NCBI GenBank assembly: GCA_028023455.1
Contig: JAQFVV010000001.1
Span: 22,630,001 to 22,694,000, forward strand
Length of the DNA: 64,000 nucleotides
Reading direction: 5' to 3'
Origin: Epiperipatus broadwayi
Lineage: Eukaryota > Animalia > Onychophora
Position 1 is the first letter of the stretch. The number at the start of each line of letters is the position of its first letter. The position numbers and the translations under genes were made by a program. This document shows positions 15,216 through 27,681 of the stretch, one piece after another. Under the pieces are notes generated by a model. The model was not told the origin of the DNA, made no database searches, and was given only the letters and a program-made list of their open reading frames with translations.

Positions 15216-16030
15216 ATGCTATTTTGTCAAAATGTCATGAAGCAAAAAAAACCACACAATTTAACTCAAAAACTACTTTGTTTACATCATATAACTGTGA
15301 AATCATTGAATATATATATGAGTAATAGATTTTAATCATGTATAAATTAAATTGTATAGATTGCTAATACTAATCAACTAGGTAAAATTGTTTTTAGGTG
15401 CATGAGGCATGATAGTAGAAAAATTTATATTTTTGTTTTCCAACTATGTATATATTCTTGGAAATATATGTTTACTTGTTGATTTGTTTCATTTCTATAG
15501 GTTATTAGTAAGTGATTGTAGTCCTCATTTTAACTATTAGTGAGAATAGTATAAATAACAAAACTAGTTATAAAATCTGAAGTATTTGTCTTCATGTGGT
15601 CAAAATATGATTTGATATAAAGTTATATCATGGGTATATAATTGTATATGAAGATAGTGATGTTTAAGTGAAATTAAAATTTCTGTTCTTTGCTCTAGGC
15701 TTTTCTTAAGCAAGACAGTATTTTTATGATTTTTTTAGGCATCTGAATTACTATTTGCAGTAGTTTCTGTGGTGTCCCTACTATCTTTAACTTTATACAA
15801 AATGATGGTTTTTTTAAACTATTAAAACTCAAGGTGTGAATTAGTTAAATTTTACTTTACTTATTTCATAAGTGAAGTGAAAACTAGAAAATTACAATTC
15901 TAATGAATTGATCACTTTTTTCTCTGCAACTGTGCAGCTGATGATTCAAAAACAGTTAGACTAGATCTATTTTTGGAAGGTAAAGAATTTAAAGAATAGC
16001 AGAAATATCATTAGTTGACATGTTGTAGAA

Positions 16031-19000
16031 CAGTGTTTCCCAAAATGGGATATGAAGAGCTTAGTGGGAATACGTGCAGCACCAAACTTTGACTGCATCT
16101 GGTGCAACAAGCAGTTTACTGTTTTTTTTATTACAAGCATATAAAAATAATAAAAAACTTTTTTACTTATTAGTATTGTGTATGTGTAGTTTTGTATGCA
16201 TAGCTATGGTGTCGCAAGCACTTTGATTCTGCATATTCTTCCAGTCTATACCTCAGATAATGTGTTACAATACTCATTCACATACACATTGAACTGCTAC
16301 AGTGTGTGCTTGTGTATTTTTAGTTTTCGTTCAATTTTGCTACTAGAAAGGTTTGTTATGTTTTTTAGTAAGTCCCATTGATTTTGATTATTTTTACAAA
16401 ATATAATTTTTATCTCTAACATTTAAGATTATCTATTGCTGGTCGAAATTTGGAACTTCTAAACCAAATAATAATAATAATCAACAAACAGAAAGTAATG
16501 AAATTAACAACAGTGAACCACTTACAATTTTGAAAAAACCTGTTAAGAAAAAAGCAAGGAAAACTCACAAGTACAATAAAAAATATCTTAAATTTGGATT
16601 CTTGTGGACTGGAGATGAAAAAGAGCATATTATGCTTTGCATCATTTGTTTTAAAAAATCTAACAAATGAAAACATAAAACTATTCAACTTGAAGCACCA
16701 TTTTGAGACAAACCACAATCAGTACAAAGATAAACCCATCGATTTTTTTGAAAACAAACTTAAGGATTTAAATCTGTTTCAAAACATAATGCTGGATTTG
16801 ACAGAAGTGACAATCAAAAAATCCTAAAACATTCATATCATGTATCACTTTTAATTGCAAGATGTAGTGCAGCAGAGACAATTGGCAAAACTTTAATCAA
16901 ACCTGTGACTAAGATAATGGCAGAAGTAATGATAGGAGATAGAACTAAACAAATTTTTGACCAAGTTCTCCTCTCAAATTGTTGAAACTTAAGATTCGTA
17001 TTCGAATCTTAAGTTTCACCTTTTTCTGTCATCTCTCACTGACCGATCTATCCCGCCCAAATTTAAACTTTTTGGTATCGAATTGTGTGTGTAGCAATAT
17101 TAGAAATGTATAAATATATGTAGAATTCAGCATAAACACGCACACATTTTGATCTCAAATTAAAGGCAATAAATAGGGATAAAATAATATAATTTAGATT
17201 TCTTTTAGTTATATAATTTTGTATAATTTTAATCATTTATTTTGGATTATAAAGTTCGTATTTATTGCTTTGTTTAAATTTCGTTTAATAATAATTCTAA
17301 AAAAATCTGATGTAATATCTAATTAAAAGTTAAAATAATCTTATGTTTCCTTTTTGTCTTTGAAATTTAAAAGCATCGGTCAGTGATAGATAATAGATTA
17401 ATTAAAGAAAAATTCCCCAAAATGTAATTAGTAAATGTAAAATGTAAACAATAGAACGGCAGCTTTCTATAATTAAAACCAACAAAATGCATTGATTATC
17501 CTCAGGGCAGATTAAGTAGAACCTAAAAATATCTTAACAAAAATGTGAAAGATCAAGATAAAAAAAGAGGCCATCTTAGACTTGCTGGAGACATTCACTA
17601 AAAACTTTAGCTTTGCTCTCGATCACTGAGAGTCTCCAAAAATATAAAAATAATTTGTTCCTGCCAAGGTATGACTGAGTAAAGCACCTAGATTATTCTC
17701 CATCGGGAGATGGCCTATCGGATGCCGAACTTTCCATTGCCCATCATAAATTCACCATGAAGATCTGCTGCCTGAAATAAATGAAAAAGCTGCTGCTGCT
17801 GTGAAATTAAATGAAATATCTAAATACAAGAAAGAATTGCCACTCGTGAACCTTTTGCTGCTAAACTAATGGAATCAGAAAACTTCTTATAAAACAGGTA
17901 CCTGTCTGTGTTCAAACTCTAGAGTACTCTAATAATATGCTATAGCTCTTCTTCATACTACTTATCTAAATTATAAAATGTAAAAACTACCATATGTATA
18001 ACTAAAACTGAATAATTAACTTACTGTGTAAATTTCTCTACTAATCTAGCTTACCTCATTCTATCTTGGGTGCGTATTTCTAAAATCTACATTTTATCTA
18101 TATTTATTATTTAATTATTGCATGCTCACAATTGTCTCTATTTTCAAAGTTTAAATCTATGATCGTTTGAAACAGTGAATGTGTATCACATTTTCATTAA
18201 TATGTACTTCGTCGGGCCGAGGTAGAGACCAGCCCGACATTCTTATAAACCATAACTAACTTAACTTTCATATAAATCGACACGCATTCAGTGCATCACT
18301 TATTGTAATGCAGGGTCTACTACTTCACAAATGGCTGATGTATTAGTTATAATAATTCCCAATTTATATAGGTTTTGTATTTATTAAATCATCATGAATA
18401 ATTCCAGAAAATTACATTTCTTTGAGAGTTGCCAACGTTCTTTAGTAAATGTTGATAATGTAGGGCCGAGTCAGAAATCTACTTAAATATCATCATAATC
18501 ATTTATACAGTATACGTGTTATGTTTTAGAGACGCAATGATCCATTCTGCTGTGAAATTTCTGGATTCTTCAGGGTTGAAATTAACCCCAGTCGTCCTAC
18601 ACAAGCGGGCATAATGGGTGCTCCCGTAGGATTTGACCTGTCATGCAGCCAGCTGGCAAATTGCAACACGGACCGCTTGTCCCTGGTTATGCTTATGTGA
18701 CACCTTACTTCGTCGGGCCGAGGCAGAGACCAGCCCGACATTCTTATAAACCCATTTGCGGCATTGCAGTTTCGATATACTGCCATTCCATATCACCTTT
18801 CTAAAGTGTACCACGTGTTCCTTTACTCAATTCTATTATTCTATATATCACTCTGTCTCTGCATTATCTTCGTAATTCACTCTCAAATAAATGTTTGCCC
18901 TTAGTCACAAAATAAATATTTTAATTAAATAAATATATGTCTGCTGCTACTCTTAAATCTTACTTTAGACTCTTGCATTGCAAAGGTATAAATTCCCTAA

Positions 19001-21065
19001 GGCATGCATTAGAAATACTTACTTGAGAATTTTAGGTAGCTAGATTAAGCCTTCAAATAAGTGAATTCCCCTTGTAAACATTACAGTATCGGAAATACCA
19101 TTACTGAAGTCCTCAATGTAAAGTAATGTCTAAATAAATAACTGTATTCTTTAAAATATAATCATGTCACAAATCCCGTTACTGAAGCTTTGAATCCATA
19201 AAATATTATTAGTAAATGATTGTTTTATTAAAATGTATTAATAAATAATTTTAAACTATACGTCTGCAGTTACGTTTCATTTATTCGATACCCATTCTAT
19301 ATATTTCCTCGATTATGTAAATATGAATGTTTAATTAATATTAGTTTGATTATTGGATAACTCGAGAATAAAATCATGAATCTCTTGCATATCCCTGACC
19401 ACCGTGCCTAAGGAAATATTTACTAATGTCGCATCAGATGCGTTGTTTCATGGATTGCATTGTGGAACCGATAAACTATGTTCGAACTCAGTACCACGGG
19501 TGGCTTCGCTACTCGATGGTGCTGCTGTTCTGTATGGTGGTCGAATTCTGCACTATGTTTACGAGTCACACATTTTCTGACTGTTACAATGTCTAATAAT
19601 GTAAAACAGATGTTATTGTCTGATTTTTCTCAAAGTCATTATTATGCATTACAAATTGATGAATCCACCGATATTGTAAAGTTTGCAAATCTTATGCCAT
19701 TTTTTAGATACAAAAAGGATCATGATGACTTTTTATTTTGTCAGCCTTTATTATGTCATACAACAGGAGATTTTTATGTGTTGGAATAAGCACAGATGGA
19801 GCAAAAAGTATGGTCGAAAGTAATAAAGGACTTGTTGCAAGAATTCAGAATGTTACCCAAAATGTCATATCCACACATTGTTGCATACATAAAAAGGCTT
19901 TGGAAACATGTAAGATGCCTGCTGATCTATAGAAAGTTCTGGATAAAAGCATAAAAATTATTAATTACATTAAAGGCCATCCTCTGAATGCATAACTTTT
20001 TCACAAATGTGTGAAAAAATGGGAAATAGTCATACTCAGCTTCTTTTTTATGCCGATGTTCATTGGCTATCTCGAGATAAAATTTTAAACCGATTATTTG
20101 AACTTAGACAGGAAGTTCAGATTTTTCTTAATGATAGACTTGAGCTGAGAAATTGTTTGTATGACTGGCATTTGGCTTTTAAATTAGCATACTTAGCAGA
20201 TATATTCTCTGTTTTAAATTGTCTCAACTTATCATTGCAAGGAAAAGAAATTTCATTGTTTCACATTCAAGATAAATTGAGTGATACCATGGCAAAACTA
20301 AATTTATGGCAAAAGAGAGTTGGCAATGGAGAAGTGGACTTGTTTCCTTTTCTTTTTGAATGAATAAAAAAAATCAAATATTAAAAATAGATGCTGATAT
20401 TATGAAATGTATAATACAGCACTTGGAGAGTTTACAAGTGGGCTTGAAAAACTATTTTCCTGACTTAAATAAAAATATTGAATGGATAAGATTTTTATTT
20501 AACATTAATACAGCATACATACCAGAAGGTTTATTACATACAAAAGAAGAGCAATTGTTGGAATTAGTTTTAGATGGATTCTTGAAAAATAAACACAAGG
20601 AGTGTACTTTAACATCATTCTGGTTGCAAATGCAACATGCATATCTGGGTTTAATGCAAATATCTTCAAATACATTTTACCTTTTCCATCTTCATATCTA
20701 TGTGAGTTTGTTTTTTCAGCATTTGTAGCCATTAAGTTGAAAAAAAGGAACAGTCTTTTGGATGTAGAACCCCATCTTAGATTAAAATTAACAACCAGGG
20801 AACCAAATTATGATAATCTGTCATCTCAACATAAACAATTTCATTCTTCTCATTGCTCTTAATAAATTTTATTTATAGCATAACTTTTATTTATATTTTA
20901 TTATGAATATTTTTTTTCTGTTTATTATTATTTTTTATACTAAAAAGAAAAAAATATATATTTTTTATTACAATTAAAGTATATGCAATTTTTTTGATGA
21001 GGGGTACTTAGCATTACGAAAATTATTAAAAAGGTACATAGGTGTTGAAAGTTTGGGAAACACTA
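16031..21065 (+). mobile_element. hAT DNA transposon, Buster/Charlie (SPIN-like) group; full length but inactivated, interrupted by a 2.6 kb insertion
   Basis: TIRs are CAGTGTTTCCCAAA (16031) and TTTGGGAAACACTA (21052-21065). The 8-bp TSD is TTGTAGAA / TTGTAGAG (nnnTAnnn, Buster type). Transposase fragments include a BED-like region (LKHHFETNH), YALQIDESTD, STDGAKSM, THCCIH, VHWLSR, LAYLADIF and SSYLCEFVFSA. Confidence 0.92.
16980..19568. mobile_element. Unclassified CpG-rich insertion inside the Buster transposase gene
   Basis: The transposase reads ...VLLSN before 16980 and resumes FLTVTMSNN...LQIDESTD after 19568. The insert starts TGTTG, ends GTCA and is flanked by CAAAT/CACAT (4/5 match, possible TSD). 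No TIR or LTR pair seen. Confidence 0.75.
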
Positions 21066-22499
21066 TTGTAGAGGATTGGCATATGTACTTGTTGAACAAA
21101 TAATTCTGTATTCTGCATTATTATTATTTTTTTTTATTTTTTTTTATTTTTAAATTTTTTCACATTTCAATTTTTTTTCTAATTGTAAAAAAAGAATTTT
21201 TCCTTACTATGAGTTTCTTGCCTATTTGATTTGCTTCTAATAACAATGTTGATGATCATTAGTGATTCTCCATTTTCTAATGAAATAACAGAGATTCTAT
21301 GTTTTGTTTTGTTTTTATTTTCATTTAAATCATATGTATCTGTTGATAACAATAGAAAGCCTTTATTTGGATTCATGGATAATCAATGATTCTTGAAATT
21401 TCAATGCATTGACTGTGCTATATATATAATGTAAGATGCCTGTTGCATATATTGCCTGATACCTATTGTGTGACGTCTTTCTCCTGAAATTATAATCCAA
21501 TAAAAACCCTTTTCATTTGACTACAATTATGTTTTTTCAATGATGCAATATCTCATTAGAAAGTGTTTTTTTAATGTTTAAATAATTTTTGTTATACTAA
21601 TAATAAATTGTTATAATCATTGAATCAATTGATCACAAAATTATGATTTTATGTTAAATAAACTTCAGACATCCAATCAGATAAGCTTTTAAATATTAAG
21701 CTAATTTTATCTAGCTTCACTTACTGTTCACATAATACTTGCATTTTATATATTGTTATGAAAAGAGAGAGAAAATTTAAAATAGATAATATATAAAAAT
21801 CTGTATATTATAGATAACAATAAAGGTTATTCAAATAAATTATGTAGTAAATTTATCATCCTAATTAAATAAAATAAACATTTTTATTGCAAAATAAGAT
21901 ATTTCATAATATATATTTTAGTTTGGTCCACATAAATAGAATTTGATTATATTTAAATTGTTATTTATTCCACACTGTTTGTATTCAATAAATAAATTAT
22001 AATAATAATAATAAAAGAGCATATGATGAGAAATTAAGTTTTTAATCATTTAGTTAAATAGCTTAGTTACAGTATATTTAATGCAAATAGCACTAATATA
22101 GATTTTTAAATTTAAATCTAATTTACACATTTATTTATTCAGAGGCTTCTTACTATTAGCAATTTCTCTCAACATTATATATAATGTGGCCTCTTTTGAT
22201 CTTTACTTATTTCATTCTTTTATTGTGGTTAAACTTCATATTGCAAAACCTTAATTATACAAAAAGCGAATAAGTGGATGAATGCATCCTTATTTGTTCT
22301 AGTTTTCATTTTTTGTTTTAAACTTTTCTAGCAAAATACATTTTTAATTTTAGATATATTTTGTGAAAATTTCCTGTTTTGATATTTATTGTTATTATTG
22401 ATTTAAATAAATTAATATTTATTTCAAAATTGGTACTTTTCCTTCTTGAAAGCATATATTTATTTATAAGTATTTTTTTAAAAATACAATAATAATAAT

Positions 22500-22555
22500 T
22501 ATGTAAAATTAAAAGCATGCTAATGAGCTCATTAGCATGCTTTTAATTTTACATA
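22500..22555. repeat. Perfect loopless 56-bp palindrome
   Basis: t-atgtaaaattaaaagcatgctaatgag|ctcattagcatgcttttaattttacat-a, with 28+28 exact complementarity. Confidence 0.95.
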
Positions 22556-23787
22556 TTTGTAAATGCAAGCTATATATAAGTCATGTGACATCTGACTTTT
22601 TATTATTACTATTAATAATAATAATTGTGTTTTTTTATATTGATATTGAAATATTTCAACTGCTTTTAAACAGTAAGCTTCATTTATGAAATAAACAGTA
22701 TAATATTTGAACATATTTATCCAAACATATATATACAATTAATATTTCTTTAATGATGCTTATAATTTTAAATAAATTTATTTTAAATTAAAATAGAAAA
22801 CTTCTAATAAATATTCGAAAATTTTATACAAAATTATTTTTTAATATTAAATAGTAAATAATAAATACAGTAATTCAAACAATTGTATATGAAGCGCTAG
22901 TTACAGTAAAGGAAATAAATTGAATTGTTTAAGCGTTAGAATTTAGTGTGGAGATATTATCGCAAAATATCAGAACATTACTTATGATAAATAGTGTAAC
23001 AATATATTTTTTAAATACTGTTAATAACAATGTGGAGACGCATATATAAAATGGTAATGATCATTCTATATTTTCTGTTCATTTAATGCTTGTTATTTCA
23101 ATGTTTATATGTATACATATTACTAGGATAATAGAATCAATTTCAAGGCTTTAATAGGTTTATAAGTTTGTTTAAACTTTTTTGCATTATTAATCTCACA
23201 CTTCTTGGTCAAGTTGCAATCTTTAGTTTCTACATAAATATATCAGATCATAGATAAAGATGATACCATCTTTGTTGTTAAAGGCGATTACCTTGACTAT
23301 TGATATTGTTAATAGTTTAAGGGTTGATTTTTATCATATACACATTACATAATATGAACGTATGAAACATATCTACATAATCTTATATATATAATACAAA
23401 TAAAATATCTGTTAATTAAAAACTATAAAAATAATAAATATAAGGTAATTAACTATTGTATACGGTCTTTCAGCCTTGGAGTAACAGATTTGCAGTACTA
23501 TATTTAGATCCCGTTATTATGTCTTAAGAATTTCAAAATTGTATCAAATTATTTTCTATTTATCTATTATACTTTTGAAATTCACTAAATTTTATTATTT
23601 ATAATTAATATATAATTAAATAAATGTTTACATACTGGAAACTTTTAAACTAAAGAAAAACTAATCTAGTTTTTCATTGTTTCCTCCTAAAAAAATGAAT
23701 AAAGTTTGTCTCAAAATTTCTGTTTAAATGAATGGTCATAATTATTTATTTGTTAACATATATTCCTTAACATTTATGTAAATATAC

Positions 23788-24590
23788 TGCAAACAGGGCA
23801 GGTATAATCAAACCCTGTTGCGATAATTAGATAAATATGTATTTGTATACTTAACGTATTATTAAAAAAATATATATATTATTACTAATGTATTATAGAA
23901 AAAACAACAACATATTATTACTTTACTAATAACACTAATATTTACAAGTTGATGTATAATCCACGGTTATTTGTGTAGTCATATTGAATTATAGATTTGC
24001 GTAATTTGAATTAAAAAAAAGAAAACTCATAAAAGAGAGGTATGGGGGCGGGGGTATACCCTTGCACTGATTTGTTTTCTTTTGCCAAACCCAGCTATAC
24101 ACATCGCTATGTATATGTATGAGTGTGTTTTTGAATCATTAAACATGAAAATTCACAAAATCAAAATAAAAACCATTTTGTTTGATAAACTTTTTAAATA
24201 TATACATATTAAGTCAAAGAAAGAACTAACAAATGCCAAGATGGAAGACAATGATTTTGCAGAACAATGAAAGTAACTATTATAAAAACCTTGGAATGTC
24301 TAGTTCTAATTAAATACTAATTGGAAAGAAAAAGGTGTAAAAAGCTTTTATGCTGCATTCCAACAAAGGCATATGAAATGTGAATGGAAATATAAAAAAG
24401 AAAATGAATGAAAAGAAATAATTAAGAGAAGGGGTGGAGTTGGCAATTTCTGATTTAAAAAAAAAAGATAAAGATTTTTGAAAAGAAAGATAAATTTTAT
24501 AATAAAAAAAAAAGAATTAATTAGTATAAGTTTGGGAGTGGAAGAAAGCAGACTTTAGACTGATAGACAGAAATAAGAATCCGGAGATCA
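23788..24590 (+). repeat. LTR 1 of a Ty3/Gypsy element
   Basis: TGCAAACAGGG...GAGATCA, a near-identical direct repeat of 26911-27681 apart from one ~25-nt indel and scattered transitions. Confidence 0.85.
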
Positions 24591-24604
24591 ACTATATATT
24601 GATT

Positions 24605-26850
24605 CGTAAGTATACTGCCTTTAGGTATGATGGCTGCTCATATCAGTTTAACCGTATGCCATTCGGCCTGATTAACAGTGGGGCTGGTTTACTGTGATGT
24701 TTAGATCAGGTATTATCTGCTGAAGTCAAGAAAATAGTTACAATGTATGTGGACGATGTATTTGTGGCATCGGCTACTGTGGAAGAACATACCAAAGATG
24801 TGGAAATGTTTTTAAGGAAATGTTGGAATAAAGGGATCAAGGTAAACCTGAAAAAAAGTGTGCTATTTCAAGAGGAAGTTACATTCTTGGGCCACCTTAT
24901 AGCATCACAGGGTGTCCAGCCACACCCAGATAAAATCTCAGCCATTGAAGGTTTTCCAGCACCTAGGTCCAAAAGCAGATATGATCGTTTTTGGGTATGT
25001 GTAACTTCTACAACCATTTTCAGGAGCAGTTTGCTCAACGTATGGAACCACTAGTTAGATTACTGAGAAAAGATGTCGTGTGGGAGTGGGGTGAAAAGCA
25101 AAGTCAGGCATTTGAGAGGGTGAAGCAAGGGTTCATGAAACATATAATGCTGGCTTTTCCCAATTTTGAGAAACCCTTTGTGGTGCAGACTGACAGCAGC
25201 GGGTATGGGCTGGGAGCAACAGTGTCACAGATTCAAGAGGATGGTCAGGTGAAAGTGCTGTATTTCTTAAGTAGGCTGCTTAAGGGTCCAGAGCATCATT
25301 ACACTGCCACAGAAAAGGAAGCTTTAGCCATTGTTTGGTCATTCCAAAAATTCCACACATTGTTGTTGGGATCAAAAATAATTGTGGTTATGAATCATAA
25401 GAGTTTAGAATTTATTAACCATAGTTATCTGACAAATAGTCAGTTGGTGTGGTGGAGCCTATACCTCCAAGAGTATAATTATGTGGTAAAGCATTGTAAG
25501 GGGTCAGATAACATTGTAACTGATGCTCTTAGCCGTAACCCAGTGTGTTTGCCATCATGTCATCATAAAGCTGAAAATGTATATGTGGCAGGAATAAACT
25601 TAAGGATTAATGAGGGGGTAGAGAATGATCTTAAGATATTAGCCCAGTGTCAGAGGGAGGATGCCCAGTTAAGTCAAATAATTGCACAACTGGAAGGGAA
25701 TACAAGAAAAAACAATGATGAGTCCAGAAGTTGGATCAACCGATACAAACTTGACCAAGCTGTTCTCCAATAGAGAACGAAAAGGGGACTGGAAAGTTGG
25801 AGACCTGTAATACGCCAGAAAATACGGAATGCAGTGGTGACTCACAGCCACCAAATATATGGACACTATGGGGTGTGAAAAACTGAAAAGTGGCTTAGAC
25901 AGTGGTTTTATTGGCCAGGCATGCATGGGACTGTCATGAGGATGATTAGGCAATGTGAACTTTGTCAGAAAACTAAGCCGGCTAATAGGAATTATGCAGG
26001 CCCAATGACCTCCATAATTCCAAAGAAGCCACATGAGATGATTGTGATAGACTTTATTATGGACCATTGCCCACCTTTAATAGTAAAAAATATTTGTTGG
26101 TGGTATTATATATATATATGATCTATTCAGTAAATTTGTGGCTGCATATCCCATGACTCAAGCAAATACTCGAAACACCATACGTCTCCTTGAAAAGGAA
26201 TATTTTACAGTGATGGGAAAACCTCAAAGCATCCTCTCGGATCATGGCACACCATTTGTCTCTGGTGAATGGAAAGCATGGGTTCAAAAGTCAGGAATCC
26301 AACACATACTAACATCAATTAGAAATCCGCAATCAAACCTGTGTGAGCGGGTGATGCGTGAGTTGGTTAGGTTGTTTAGGACGTACATCCCAACTAATCA
26401 TCGAGGATGGGTTAAAAAGATTCCAGAAATACTGAACTACATAAATTTGGATGTTAATGAGTCCACAGGGTTTTTTCCCATGCGGCTCCAATTTGGCAAA
26501 CATGCCCCTAAATTAATCAAGGCCAAAATACCAGGACCAAAGGAAATGCCAATAAATATGGAGGAGGAGCAAGAGCAGGCATATCATACACTTTTGAACA
26601 TGAGTCAGGAAAGAAACAAACATACACTGGAGAGGCCTCATCGGTTTAAAGTTGGTGATCTAGTCATGGTGAAAACCCCACACATGCGCGAACCGGAGAA
26701 ATTTATCTAAGAAATTTTGCAGTTTGTATGAGGGACGTTTCCCTATTGTTAAGTGTCAAGGGGATAATGCATTCTGGGTGAATAGTGGGCAGGAGGTAAG
26801 GGGATCATTCAATGCTCGTTCTCTCAAGCCCATGTCATTACGAATGGTTC
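24605..26850 (+). pseudogene. Ty3/Gypsy pol remnant (RT C-half, RNase H, integrase); gag, protease and start of RT deleted
   Basis: RKYTAF...MPFGL, YVDD, FLGH, TDSSGYGLGA, YTATEKEALAIVW, NIVTDALSR, HHCC finger (WPGM...CELCQKTK), ILSDHGTPF and PQSNLCERV, followed by a GPY/F-like motif. Frameshifts and stops present. Confidence 0.93.
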
Positions 26851-26910
26851 ATGATATTTAGGAGCCATTCAAATACATAACCGTATTTGAAGGCTTCTGG
26901 GAGGGGGTAT

Positions 26911-27681
26911 TGCAACAGGGCAGGTATAATCAAACCCTGTTGTGATAATTAGACAAATACGTATTCATATACTTATTTATTACTAACATATTATAGAAAA
27001 AAACAACATATTATTACTTTACTAATAACACTAATATTTACAAGTTGATGTATAATCCACGGGTATTTGTGTAGTCATATTGAATTATAGATTTGCTAAT
27101 TTGAATTAAAAAAAAAGAAAACTCATAAAAGAGAGGTATGGGGGGGGGGTATACCCTTGCTCTGATTTGTTTTCTTTTGCCAAACCCAGCTATACACATC
27201 GCTATGTATATGTATGAGTGCGTTTTTGAATCATTAAACATGAAAATTCACAAAATCAAAATAAAAACCATTTTGTTTGATAAACTTTTTAAATATATAC
27301 ATATTAAGTCAAAGAAAGAACTAACAAATGCCAAGATGGAAGACAGTGATTTTGCAGAATAATGAAAGTAACTATTATAAAAACCTTGGAATGTCTAGTT
27401 CTAATTAAATACTAATTGGAAAGAAAAAGGTGTTAAAAGCTTTTGTGGTGCATTCCAAAAAAAGTATATGGAATGTGAATGAAAATATAAAAAAGAAAAT
27501 GAATGAAAAGAAATAATTAAGAGAAGGGGTGGAGTTGGCAATTTCTGATTTAAAAAAAAAAGAAAGATTTTGAAAAGAAAGATAAATTTTATAGTAAAAA
27601 AAAAGAATTAATTAGTATAAGTTTGGGAGTGGAAGAAAGCAGACTTTAGACTGATAGACAGAAATAAGAATCCAGAGATCA
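26911..27681 (+). repeat. LTR 2 of the Ty3/Gypsy element, preceded by a polypurine tract
   Basis: PPT gggagggggta at about 26899-26909, then TGCAACAGGG...GAGATCA, repeating LTR 1. Confidence 0.87.

Noticed and set aside
21250-21560. Possible Penelope GIY-YIG remnant on the minus strand (CSQMKRVFIG...KFQESLII)
   Set aside because: Too degenerate to support without a profile search.
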